DNA from: an uncultured Acidobacteriota bacterium
GTDB lineage: Bacteria > Acidobacteriota > Vicinamibacteria > Fen-336
Direction of reading: 5' to 3'
DNA length: 64,000 nucleotides
NCBI GenBank assembly: GCA_964574335.1
Contig: CAZNNH010000008.1
Location: forward strand, 17,707-81,706
Part shown: positions 1 through 13,948 of the stretch, piece by piece
Layout: each line of letters opens with the position of its first letter
How positions within the stretch are numbered: position 1 is the first letter of the stretch
Notes under the pieces: model-generated
Told to the model about the DNA's origin: nothing
Database searches by the model: none
What the model saw: only the letters and a program-made list of their open reading frames with translations
Position numbers and translations under genes: made by a program

Positions 1-3000
1 ACTCTCCGGCCCGCCTGCCGACCTTCGGGGCGAGGCGCGGGTGACGAGTGACCGGCTCGACGTCGAGGGCTGGCCGGTTCGGGACCTGGTAGGGCAGGTG
101 GAACGTTGCCCGAGCCAGACCGGTCTGCGGCTCGAAGGCGACGTCCTGGGCGGAAAGGTCGTTGCCGAGGCGCAGCTCGGAGCGAGCTCGAGCGCCGACC
201 TCCAGGTACGGGACCTGCCCCTCGGGCCGCTGGTAACGCGGCTGGCCGGCCGGCCCCTGCCGATCACGGGACGGCTCGACGCGAGCTGGAGGCTGAGCGG
301 ACCGATGGACGGTCCGCTCGACTCGGCCGGGCGTCTCCGCGCCTCCGCCGCCAGCGGCTCCCTCGAGCTCCAGGCGAGCGGTCGGGGACAGGGAAAGGTG
401 AGACTGGCCGACGCAAGCCACGGGCACTCGTGGCAGGTCCAGATCACGGCACGCGACCGGGCCCGACCCTGGCTCCAGGGCGTAGAGGTCCGGGCCGAGG
501 GCGACCTCCGTGGGGCGCCGCTTTCCCTCGACGCCGAGCTCGAGGGTCGGGTCTCTCTGGAAGGCCCTGCCGGGCCGGTCGCCCTGGAGCTTTCGGGGCC
601 ACTGAAGGTGGCTGGCGGCGTCGCCAACGCCCGCCTGAGCGGGCAGGTCCTGGACGGCTCCGTCGACCTCGACCTGTCTGCCCGACCCGACAGCCTGGAT
701 CTGTCGCTGAGCGCCGAGCGGCTCCAGCTCGCCCGGCTGGCTCCGGACCTCGCCGGGGACGCCCAGATCCGGGTGGCGAGCCGCGGCCCCTGGAGCGGGG
801 TGAAGACCAGCATCGAGCTCTCGGCGCAGGGCGTTGCCTGGCGTGGTCAGACGCTCGGGACGCTGGCAACAACGTTCGAGGGCAACGCGAAGGGCGGCAG
901 GCTGGGGCTCGAGATGGCGCAGCTCGGCGCCTTTGGGCACGGCCAGCTCGACCTCGCCGACGGTCCCGTCTGGCGGGGCCAGCTCGAGCTGAGAAACGCC
1001 CGGCTCGACCCGTTGGCGGTCCTGCTGCCGGAAGGTCGTGAGCTGGAGGGCCGGGTGGACGGCACCCTGGACCTGGAGCTGCCCCTTCTCTCTTTGCAGG
1101 CCACGCTGGTGAGCGCGCGCTTCGACCACCTCGCGGCTAGGACGGGATCCCTCGCCGTGCAGGCGGGCCCATTCGGAGCGCGCCTGGAGGACGGCCACCT
1201 GGCCCTCGACGGGCTTGCGCTGTCGGGTCCCGGCTTCCGGCTGAAGGCCGATGGCGGCGTCCCCCTCCCCCTGGCCGCCGAGCCCCTGACGGTGGATGCG
1301 GTCGTCGACCTCGCCCGCCTTCCGCTCCCAGAGGGCTGGGCGCTTCTGGGAGAGGCGCACACCGCGGTGTCGCTCTCGGGGGCCTCCGGCGGCGACGGAT
1401 GGCTCGAGGTCCGCGGCGCGTCGCTCTCAGGGCCCGGACTGCCGCCGCTGCGTGTCCCCGCAGGTCGTGTCGAGCTGCGTGGCACCACCCTCGAGGCCTC
1501 CAACCTCGAGGCCGAGCTCGGGGGGGCTGTGGTCGAGCTCTCGGGCCAGCTTCCGATCGGCGTCCTGCTGGAAGCAGCCCGGGCTTCGCCCCCCGAGGCG
1601 GCGAGTCTGATGTTGACCTGGCGTGACCTCGAGCTGGCCAGGCTGCTCGAGCCGAACGGCTCCGAGCCGGCGGCGTCGAGCTTCTCCGGCAAGCTGACGG
1701 GAAGCCTCGAGCTGTCGGGAGACCGGCTGGACCTCGGCCACCTGAGCGGCCAGCTCACCCTGGCGGCCTCCCGGCTCGCGGTCGGAGGCGTCACCTTCGA
1801 CGTCTCTCCCGTCCGCCTGGAGCTTCGGGAGGCACGCCTTACCGCCGACGAGGTGTCGCTAAAGGCGATGGGCGGGACGTTCCGGGCCCGCGGCTTCGCG
1901 GACCTGGCGAGCCGCCAGCTCGACCTACAGGGAAGCGGACAGATCGACCTGCGCGCCCTCTCCCCGTTCTTGCCGGACACCTTGCTGACGGGGCTCTCGC
2001 AAGCCGACCTGCGTCTGGCCGGCCCCTTCGACGCCCCCAAGCCGGAAGGCCGGCTGCGGGTCTCGAACGGCAGCCTCCGGCTCAAGACCCTGCCCCAGAG
2101 CATCACCGGCATCGAGGGCTCGATCCTGCTGGACGGAGACCTCCTGAAGGTCGAGCGGACCTCGGGCTACTTCGGCGGAGGCGACCTGCTGCTGACCGGC
2201 GAGCTTCGGCTGTCGGGGGGCCGCCTGGCGGAGGTCGACCTGCTGCTCCTCGGCGAGGCGATGACGCTGCAATACCCCGAAGGGCTGCGCAGCCGCATCG
2301 ACACCGCCCTGTCCCTGACCGGCCCGCCCGGGCGGCTGCTGCTGCTCGGCGACGTCCGCGCGGCACGGGGCCGCTACGACCTCGACCTGGTCCTGGAGCA
2401 GAGCCTGCTCGGCGTCGCGAGCAGCCAGGCCACGTCGCAGGCGCTGCGTCAGGTGGCGCTCCAGCTCGACATCGAGACGGCCGATCCGGTGTTCGTGCGG
2501 GGCCAGCTCGGAGAGCTCCGCGCCAGTGGGCGGCTCGAGCTGCGCGGAGATCTCTCGACCCCCTCGCCGTTCGGTCAGCTCGAGATCCTGCCCGGCGGAA
2601 AGCTCTGGTTCCAGGGGCGCGAGCTGGCCGTCGAGTCGGGCAGCCTGGTCTACTCGGGGACCTGGAACCCCGAGCTCTCGGCGCAGGCCACCACGCGGCT
2701 CACGGCCGAGGGGGGAGAGGACCAGAGCGTCCGCTACCGGGTCACGGTCAATGCCGAGGGTCCCCTGGACCAGCCCCGGCTCAGCTTCGACTCGCGCCCC
2801 CGCCTCTCGGAGCCGGAGATCCTCAGCCTGCTGCTGACCGGGCGCACGGACAGCCAAGCCCTCGGCGAGACGGCCTGGCTGGCCGGCGAGCAGGCCGCCT
2901 CCCTGCTCGGCAGCCGCGTCGCCCGCGAGCTGGGGCAGGGGTTCACCAGCCTCGGCATCGACGAGGTGAGCATCCAGCCGGAGCTGGTGGCCCGCGAGAC

Positions 3001-5311
3001 CAATCCCGGGGCCCGCTTCACGTTCGGCAAGCGGTTCGGCGAGCGGGTGCGCCTCGCCTACTCGACGTCGTTGAGCAACCCGGAGGGTCGCTTCATCCGC
3101 CTGGAGGTGGAGCCGTTCCGGAGCTTCCAGGTGCTGGGCCAGCGCCAGGACAATGGCTCGCTCACGTTCGGGGCCGGGCAGGAGCTGAGCCTCGGAGGAC
3201 ACCGGGCTCGGGAGGAGCCCGAGCCCAGGGTCCAACTGGACGAGGTGCGCTTCGAAGGGACGCCGGTGCTGGCGGAGGACGTCCTCCGGCAGGCGGTTCG
3301 AGCCCGCAGTGGCCGCGAGGTCACCGCCTGGGAGGTGCAGGAGGACGCGGACCGGATTCGCAGCCGGCTGCGCAAGGCGGGCCACATGGAGGCGGAGGTC
3401 GGCGGTCGGCTCGAGGGCTCGTCTGCGGTGTTTCGGATCCAGCCGGGGCCGCGCTTCCTGTTCGAGGTCCGGGGAATGCCCTCACCGCCGGATCTGAGCG
3501 GGACCATCCGCTCGGCGCTCTTCGAGGAAGAGGCCGTCGAGGCGGCACGAGACCGGCTACTTCGGGCGATGTGGGACCGTGGCCGCCTGCGGGCCGACGT
3601 GAAGGTCCAGGTCCACGAGGACCAGGGCACCCGCCGGGTGATCTTCGAGGTCGAGCCCGGCCCCCGCCTCGAGCTGGGACAGGCGTCCTTTCCGGGCGCC
3701 CGCCACCTTTCCTACAAGCGGCTGCTGGAGATAGCCGGCGGGCCGGCCGCGTTCCTGCTCGCTCCGGAGGCGGCGGTTCGGCGGATCGGTGAGGCCTACG
3801 AGAAGCAGAACCACTTCGAGGCCCGGGTCGGCACTCCCTCGGTGACGGAACGGGACGGTCGCCTGTTCGTCACCGTCCCGATCGACGAGGGCCCGCCCGC
3901 CCGGCTCACCGCGGTCCGAGCCGATGGAGTGGACCTGGCGGACGACCGTGTCGCCGCCCTGACCGGCCTCGAGCCTGGAGCCGTCCCCGCCGACGAGGAG
4001 GTCCTCGATGCGGCGCGCCGTCTCCGGGAGCACTTCTTCACCGAAGGGTTCCCTGACGTTCGCGTGGTCCCCGAGAAGCGACGGGTGGGGCGGGACCTGG
4101 AGCTTCTTTTCCACGTCGAGGAGGGCGAGCGGGTCACCGTCGGCGAGATCGACGTCGAGGGCCTGGGCCGGACCCGCGAGTCCCTGGTCCGTGGCCAGCT
4201 CCAGATCGCACCGGGCGACCCCCTCGACCCTCGCGAGCTGGCACGCGCCTCCAGGCGCCTGCAGGGCCTCGGGGTCTTCTCCAGGGCGGCCGTGGCCCGC
4301 TCGAAGGACGACCCGACGCGGCTCGTCGTCCACACCGAAGAGCGGTCTCCTTTTCGTGGAAGCTACCAGATCCGCTACAACGACGAGTCGGGAGCCCGCG
4401 GCGAGCTCGAGGCCGAGGTCTCCAACCTGCTGGGGCGGGGGCTGGCTCTCGGCGGTCGCTACAGCCGAGGCCGCGACGAGGAGGACGTGTGGGGCTCGGT
4501 GTTCGTGCCCGCGGTGGGCCCGGGGAACCTCACCGCCTCGCTGTTCCGGCTCACCCAGGACTCGCCCGGCGTCGACTTCGAGACCGGGGAGGCGATCACC
4601 ATCCGCCGTCGCCAGAAGGGGATCGAGCTGCAGATGGCGCAGGCCCTTGGCCCCCGCACCAGCCTCCTGCTCGGCTACAGCTTCCAGCGATCGTCCGCCA
4701 CCTTCATCGATTCCGTCGACGTGGCCTCCCTGGACGCCTCGCTGATCCGCGACGGGCGGGACAGCCCCCTCGACCCGCGGCGGGGCGCCTTCCTGAGCGC
4801 CAGCCTCCGGGTCGCGCCCAAGCTGGCCGCGTCGGACTACGACTACGTGAAGGGCATGGCCCAGGCATTCCTGGCCCAGCCGATCGGCGCCCACCTCACC
4901 TGGGCCCACGGCTACCGCCTCGGCCTGGCCCACGTCTTCTCGGACCAGCCGCTGGTGGCCTTCGAGCGCTTCCGGGCCGGCGGATCCAACAGCGTGCGGG
5001 GGTATGCCCGGGACAGCCTGGGGCCCGCCGACTTCCTCGGCGAGCCCAGGGGCGGCCAGGCGGTGCTGGTGCTGAACCAGGAGCTGAGGTTCCATCACCG
5101 CTCCGGCATCGGCGCGGTGGTCTTCTACGACGCCGGCAACGTCTTCACCGCGCCTGCCGAGCTGAGCCTCGACCTGCGCCACGCGATCGGCGCCGGCTTG
5201 AGGTACGCCTCGCCGGTCGGGCTGCTGCGCCTCGACGTCGCCTGGCCGATTCGGCGCCACGAGGGAGAGGCGACCCACCAGATCCACTTCAGCCTGGGCC
5301 AGGCCTTCTGA
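1..5311 (+). CDS. Giant envelope protein: TamB-like (AsmA/DUF490-type) domain fused in-frame to an Omp85/TamA-like POTRA plus beta-barrel. 5' partial: the first in-window start is 41, and the frame is open to the window edge.
   Basis: The ORF runs 41..5311 and has no N-terminal signal anchor, so it likely continues upstream. The middle region carries TamB C-terminal DUF490-like motifs (LSLLLTGR, IDEVSIQ, FGKRFGERVRLAYS, RLEVEPFRSFQVLGQ). It is followed directly by POTRA-like repeats and a C-terminal Omp85 barrel ending ...HFSLGQAF. Confidence 0.7.
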   Translation, partial: LSGPPADLRGEARVTSDRLDVEGWPVRDLVGQVERCPSQTGLRLEGDVLGGKVVAEAQLGASSSADLQVRDLPLGPLVTRLAGRPLPITGRLDASWRLSGPMDGPLDSAGRLRASAASGSLELQASGRGQGKVRLADASHGHSWQVQITARDRARPWLQGVEVRAEGDLRGAPLSLDAELEGRVSLEGPAGPVALELSGPLKVAGGVANARLSGQVLDGSVDLDLSARPDSLDLSLSAERLQLARLAPDLAGDAQIRVASRGPWSGVKTSIELSAQGVAWRGQTLGTLATTFEGNAKGGRLGLEMAQLGAFGHGQLDLADGPVWRGQLELRNARLDPLAVLLPEGRELEGRVDGTLDLELPLLSLQATLVSARFDHLAARTGSLAVQAGPFGARLEDGHLALDGLALSGPGFRLKADGGVPLPLAAEPLTVDAVVDLARLPLPEGWALLGEAHTAVSLSGASGGDGWLEVRGASLSGPGLPPLRVPAGRVELRGTTLEASNLEAELGGAVVELSGQLPIGVLLEAARASPPEAASLMLTWRDLELARLLEPNGSEPAASSFSGKLTGSLELSGDRLDLGHLSGQLTLAASRLAVGGVTFDVSPVRLELREARLTADEVSLKAMGGTFRARGFADLASRQLDLQGSGQIDLRALSPFLPDTLLTGLSQADLRLAGPFDAPKPEGRLRVSNGSLRLKTLPQSITGIEGSILLDGDLLKVERTSGYFGGGDLLLTGELRLSGGRLAEVDLLLLGEAMTLQYPEGLRSRIDTALSLTGPPGRLLLLGDVRAARGRYDLDLVLEQSLLGVASSQATSQALRQVALQLDIETADPVFVRGQLGELRASGRLELRGDLSTPSPFGQLEILPGGKLWFQGRELAVESGSLVYSGTWNPELSAQATTRLTAEGGEDQSVRYRVTVNAEGPLDQPRLSFDSRPRLSEPEILSLLLTGRTDSQALGETAWLAGEQAASLLGSRVARELGQGFTSLGIDEVSIQPELVARETNPGARFTFGKRFGERVRLAYSTSLSNPEGRFIRLEVEPFRSFQVLGQRQDNGSLTFGAGQELSLGGHRAREEPEPRVQLDEVRFEGTPVLAEDVLRQAVRARSGREVTAWEVQEDADRIRSRLRKAGHMEAEVGGRLEGSSAVFRIQPGPRFLFEVRGMPSPPDLSGTIRSALFEEEAVEAARDRLLRAMWDRGRLRADVKVQVHEDQGTRRVIFEVEPGPRLELGQASFPGARHLSYKRLLEIAGGPAAFLLAPEAAVRRIGEAYEKQNHFEARVGTPSVTERDGRLFVTVPIDEGPPARLTAVRADGVDLADDRVAALTGLEPGAVPADEEVLDAARRLREHFFTEGFPDVRVVPEKRRVGRDLELLFHVEEGERVTVGEIDVEGLGRTRESLVRGQLQIAPGDPLDPRELARASRRLQGLGVFSRAAVARSKDDPTRLVVHTEERSPFRGSYQIRYNDESGARGELEAEVSNLLGRGLALGGRYSRGRDEEDVWGSVFVPAVGPGNLTASLFRLTQDSPGVDFETGEAITIRRRQKGIELQMAQALGPRTSLLLGYSFQRSSATFIDSVDVASLDASLIRDGRDSPLDPRRGAFLSASLRVAPKLAASDYDYVKGMAQAFLAQPIGAHLTWAHGYRLGLAHVFSDQPLVAFERFRAGGSNSVRGYARDSLGPADFLGEPRGGQAVLVLNQELRFHHRSGIGAVVFYDAGNVFTAPAELSLDLRHAIGAGLRYASPVGLLRLDVAWPIRRHEGEATHQIHFSLGQAF

Positions 5312-5323
5312 GCCTCCGCCGGG

Positions 5324-6229
5324 CTACCGCTCTTGCTCCGTCACCACGCGGTTGCGGCCGAGCTGCTTGGCACGGTAGAGGTTCCCGTCCGCCACCACGA
5401 TCAGGGCGTTCAGCTCGCCGGCGTCTTCCGGGAAGCAGGCCACCCCGCCGCTCAGCGTGACCCGGCCGAGCGGCTGCTCGCCGCCTCCCACGAAGTCGGT
5501 CAGCTCGATGTTGCGGCGGACCGCCTCGGCGAAGCGGCCGGCCTCGCCGCGGCTGGCACCGTAGAGCAGGACCACGAACTCCTCTCCCCCGTACCGGGCC
5601 ACGATGTCGCCGCGCCGACCGCTGCTCTTGAGTATCTGCGCCACCTTGACCAGAGCGTCGTTGCCGGCCTGGTGCCCGTGGCTGTCGTTGAAGTTCTTGA
5701 AGTGGTCGATGTCGAACATCACCACCGACAGCGGGTCGCCGGTCTTCTCGGCCCGCTCCATCTCGAGCCCCAGGCGCTCGGTGAAGAACCCGAGGTTGTA
5801 CAGCCGGGTGAGCGGGTCGGTGATCGCACGGTGATGGCTTCGCGTGACCTGCGCGGTCAGCCGCCTCACCGTCTCCACCTGCTGGAGCAGGAGCTGCTCG
5901 AGGATGTCGGGGCGGCGATGCAGCAGGTCTCGGAAGCGGGCGGCCGGGCATCGGGTCACCCGGGCGTCGGTGGCGGCCCGGATCCCGGCCGACCGGGGCC
6001 GACCGTCGAGGCAGGCGATCTCGCCGAGGACCGCCCCCGGCTCCAGCGTCCGCAGCACCACCACGTGGCCGTCGGAGCTGTCGAAGATGACCTCGAGGGT
6101 CCCCTCGAGCAGCAGCACCACGGAGTCCCCGGGATCCCCCTCTCGCCAGAGGTACTCGCCCGCCGCCAGCTTCGACTCGGCGCCGTAGCGGGCGAGCAGG
6201 TCGGCCAGCGATCCCTGGTAACCGCTCAC
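5324..6229 (-). CDS. Cyclic-nucleotide-binding (CAP-like) domain plus GGDEF diguanylate cyclase
   Basis: The N-terminal half has a cNMP-binding fold (GEYLWREGDPGDSVVLLLEGTLEV...GEIACLDGRPRSAGIRA). The C-terminal half has the GGDEF signature RYGGEEF plus DIDHFKNFND. The likely real start is the GTG at V35 of the track ORF, which reads VSVSGYQ. Confidence 0.8.
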   Translation of the reverse strand: MSGYQGSLADLLARYGAESKLAAGEYLWREGDPGDSVVLLLEGTLEVIFDSSDGHVVVLRTLEPGAVLGEIACLDGRPRSAGIRAATDARVTRCPAARFRDLLHRRPDILEQLLLQQVETVRRLTAQVTRSHHRAITDPLTRLYNLGFFTERLGLEMERAEKTGDPLSVVMFDIDHFKNFNDSHGHQAGNDALVKVAQILKSSGRRGDIVARYGGEEFVVLLYGASRGEAGRFAEAVRRNIELTDFVGGGEQPLGRVTLSGGVACFPEDAGELNALIVVADGNLYRAKQLGRNRVVTEQER

Positions 6230-6424
6230 GGACACACTACCCCTTCCCCGGTTGGGAGGGAGGGACACCTGCCGGCGGCGACCATCTCCGGGCAGCCGCG
6301 GCACCCGTCCCGGTTGCCTGCAGCGTAGCACAAGAGCCGGGCTGAGGATGGGTCACCCCGACTCGGTTCCTGGGGCGGACGAAAGGGCCTGAGCCATCCC
6401 CTTGCCGAGCGGCCCGGCCGCGCC

Positions 6425-6943
6425 CTACCGCAGCGCGCCCAGGATCTGCTTCACGTTGGCGGCCTCTGGCGCGTCGGGCTTGAGCCTCACGAAGGTCTGG
6501 AAATCGTCCACCATTCGAGCCGCCTGCTGGGTCTTGTTGAAAGCCATCCCGCGCCAGAAGTAGGCGTAGGCCAGGTCCGGCTTGGCGACGATCGCCGGGG
6601 AGAGCCGTTCGATCGCCTCGGCGTACTTCTCCTGTCCCACCAGGCTCTGTCCCAGAGCGGCCACCGCCACCGGGTTGGTCGCGTCGTCGGCCAGCGCCGC
6701 CTTGGCCGAGACCTCGGCTTCGGCGTACTTCTTCTGGCGAGCCAGAGAGGCCGCCAGGTAGGCGGTGGCTTCGGTGCCCGAGAGGCTGCGCAGAGCCGCC
6801 TCGGCCTCCGCATACTTCCCCGTCTCGAACAGGGTCACCGCCGCCGGGAGGTCCTGGGCCAGCGAGAGCCCCGGGCAGAGCCCCACCGCCAGGGCGGCGG
6901 CAGCCGCCCCCGCGCGGAACCGGCGCCATCCCCACCAACTCAT
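6425..6943 (-). CDS. TPR-repeat lipoprotein or secreted protein
   Basis: An internal ATG (MSWWGWRRF...) is preceded by GGAGAAGG. A signal peptide reads AAAAALAVGLCPGLSLA. The rest is repeated TPR-like KYAEAE motifs. Confidence 0.7.
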   Translation of the reverse strand: MSWWGWRRFRAGAAAAALAVGLCPGLSLAQDLPAAVTLFETGKYAEAEAALRSLSGTEATAYLAASLARQKKYAEAEVSAKAALADDATNPVAVAALGQSLVGQEKYAEAIERLSPAIVAKPDLAYAYFWRGMAFNKTQQAARMVDDFQTFVRLKPDAPEAANVKQILGALR

Positions 6944-7161
6944 ACCTTCTCCTCCATCACCAGCACGTAGTTGATGCTGCTCCAGGGGACCAGGACCTGG
7001 CTGACCACGGTCTCGATCTGTCCCCCCTCGGAGATGGTCCGCTGCACCTCGAAGGCCAGACCGATCCCGTCGGAGTGCAGCACCCGGCAGACCTCGTACA
7101 CGTTGTCCCGGGTGGCGATCTGCTTGACCGTGACGCCGACCTTGAGGCCGCTCTGGTCCAT
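6940..7161 (-). CDS. Small hypothetical protein (73 aa)
   Basis: The ORF has coding-like codon usage, and its stop overlaps the TPR gene start. Confidence 0.45.
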   Translation of the reverse strand: MDQSGLKVGVTVKQIATRDNVYEVCRVLHSDGIGLAFEVQRTISEGGQIETVVSQVLVPWSSINYVLVMEEKV

Positions 7162-7239
7162 GGGGACCCCCCGGCATCATGTTAGTCGTCGGCCCGCCGG
7201 CTGTCCATGCGCCGGCGGGGGCCGCGGAAAGGCGCCGCC

Positions 7240-8556
<1,317 letters not shown>

Positions 8557-8646
8557 GTGGTCCTCCCCAAACAAGACTAAGACACCTGCTCGACGGCAGA
8601 GCGGGACATGCTACCACAGGGGATAGGCGGCGGCCTTCGAGCCGTG

Positions 8647-8895
8647 TCAGTGGTCTTCGGAGGCGCGGCCCAGTCGTCCCTTTACGCAGAGGAACTCGAG
8701 GGCCGCCTCGGTCAGCTCGCGATCGTTGCAGGGTCCGACGAAACGTTGTTCCTCGAGGTGGTAGTGGAGGATGCCGGAGCGGGGGAGGTTCTCGTCGGTC
8801 TCGAACGAGTAGAACATCAGGATTCGGTTCTCCCTCGGCAGGCCGCTGTCATCGAAGAAGTCGAACCTGAGGTTGCGCATCGACAACGAAACCAT
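8647..8895 (-). CDS. Small hypothetical protein (82 aa)
   Basis: The ORF has high GC at third codon positions. I recognise no family. It is flanked by lower-GC intergenic DNA. Confidence 0.4.
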   Translation of the reverse strand: MVSLSMRNLRFDFFDDSGLPRENRILMFYSFETDENLPRSGILHYHLEEQRFVGPCNDRELTEAALEFLCVKGRLGRASEDH

Positions 8896-9145
8896 CCAAT
8901 CAAGCCGTTCGCTGCATCGCTGTTGTCTTCGAGGTCCGGCGGATGAAACGGGTCGAATTTAAAGGCGCCGGCCACCCCTGTCAAGAATCCTCTCGCCCAG
9001 CAACGACGAGGCCTCTCGGAGACGAGCCTCTGGGATGAGCCACAGGAGCGGGTTTGAGAGGGCCTCACAAAACGCTTCAAGAAGCGCGCAGATCGTGTGG
9101 AAGAGTTGTGGAATGCTTGTGGACGCGCCGCTGCGGTGATCGGCG

Positions 9146-9490
9146 TCACACCTGGCCTCGACGCGGGGCGTCTTCGGAAGCCGCCAGCACGACCAGGGTG
9201 GCGCCCCATCCCCCCGAGATCGGCGGCGCGTCCTTGACCTCGACCACGCCCTCGATGCCGCGCAGCACCCGCCGGACCACCGCGCGCTGGACGCCCCGAC
9301 CGCGTCCGTGGACCAGCCGCAGGCTCTGGATGCCACGAGCCCGGCAGGCCGCGACGTACTCCTCGACCAGGCTCGGAACCTCGCGCGGCGCAAAGGGATG
9401 CAGGTCGAGCTCCCCGGTGATGGGCAGCTCGACCAGATCGGGAGGCTCTCCCTCGCCGCCCTCGCCGCCCTTGCCGCCCTCGTCGGTCAC
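9146..9490 (-). CDS. Smr-domain protein
   Basis: ELDLHPFAPREV...YVAACRARGIQSLRLVHGRGRG matches the Smr/MutS2 C-terminal domain signature. Confidence 0.65.
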   Translation of the reverse strand: MTDEGGKGGEGGEGEPPDLVELPITGELDLHPFAPREVPSLVEEYVAACRARGIQSLRLVHGRGRGVQRAVVRRVLRGIEGVVEVKDAPPISGGWGATLVVLAASEDAPRRGQV

Positions 9491-9905
9491 CGGGGCCGGG
9501 TCGCGGCCGCCGCCGCGAAGAAGGCGGGCAGGTACTCGGAGTCGCCCAGCTCCAGCCGCTTGTAGACCTTGCCGATCGGGTCCCAGGTGGACCCTCCGGG
9601 CAACACCACCACCATCGGCCAGGGGCAGATCGCGCCGAGGGTGGAGCGCCGGGCGTCGATCCAGCCTCCCGAAAGCCGACGCACCATCACCTCGCCGAGG
9701 TAGCAGCCGAACACGAAGAGCGCCTCGGCCACGTCCTCTCCGGTGTAACCTTCGTCACGCAGGCTCTCCACCTCGGCATCCAACCGCTCGAGGCTCTCCA
9801 CCGTGAAGTCGAGGGCGATCCCCGCCTGCTGCCGAGCGGCCTGGACCGCCAGCTCGGCGAAGTCGCCGGCCTTCTCGGCGGTGGCCGGGTAGCGGAGCTC
9901 GAGCT

Positions 9906-9909
<4 letters not shown>
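9487..9909 (-). CDS. Hypothetical protein (141 aa), translationally coupled to metH
   Basis: The GTG start overlaps the metH stop (GTGA), and the stop overlaps the Smr start. Confidence 0.5.
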
Positions 9910-13595
<3,686 letters not shown>

Positions 13596-13624
13596 CTGGT
13601 CGAGTGTAGCAGGGGCGGGGCGAG

Positions 13625-13705
13625 TGGCCAGACGTTATGTCACAGCGCTCGGCGGAGTCTGGCCAGGGCCGCCCCGGGAGGGGTGGGTGACAGGCGGCCC
13701 TGGCC
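13625..13705 (-). promoter_or_regulatory. Structured metH leader: two overlapping, mutually exclusive GC-rich hairpins
   Basis: Hairpin A has a perfect 13-bp inverted repeat (GGCCAGGGCCGCC / GGCGGCCCTGGCC). Hairpin B has a 10-bp inverted repeat (CTGGCCAGAC / GTCTGGCCAC, 9 of 10 matching) sharing about 7 nt with hairpin A. Both lie 30-110 nt upstream of the metH ATG. Confidence 0.3.
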
Positions 13706-13948
13706 GACGTAAGGAGTGAGAGGGGAGCGGGCATCGGGCTTCTCGCCTTCCGCCGGCCCTCACATCAGGAACGCGCCGGGCAGGGATTCGGTTACACGGC
13801 GCCCAGGCTCTTCTATACTCGGCGATGATCCTCCGGGGCGGGTCGCCACCGGAGCACCGGAGGCCCGAGAATCCCGCTCCCGATCCAGCCCACCGACCCG
13901 CAGGACCCCGGCGCCGGCCGCGCCGAGGCGAGGAGGCTCGCCCTCGGC

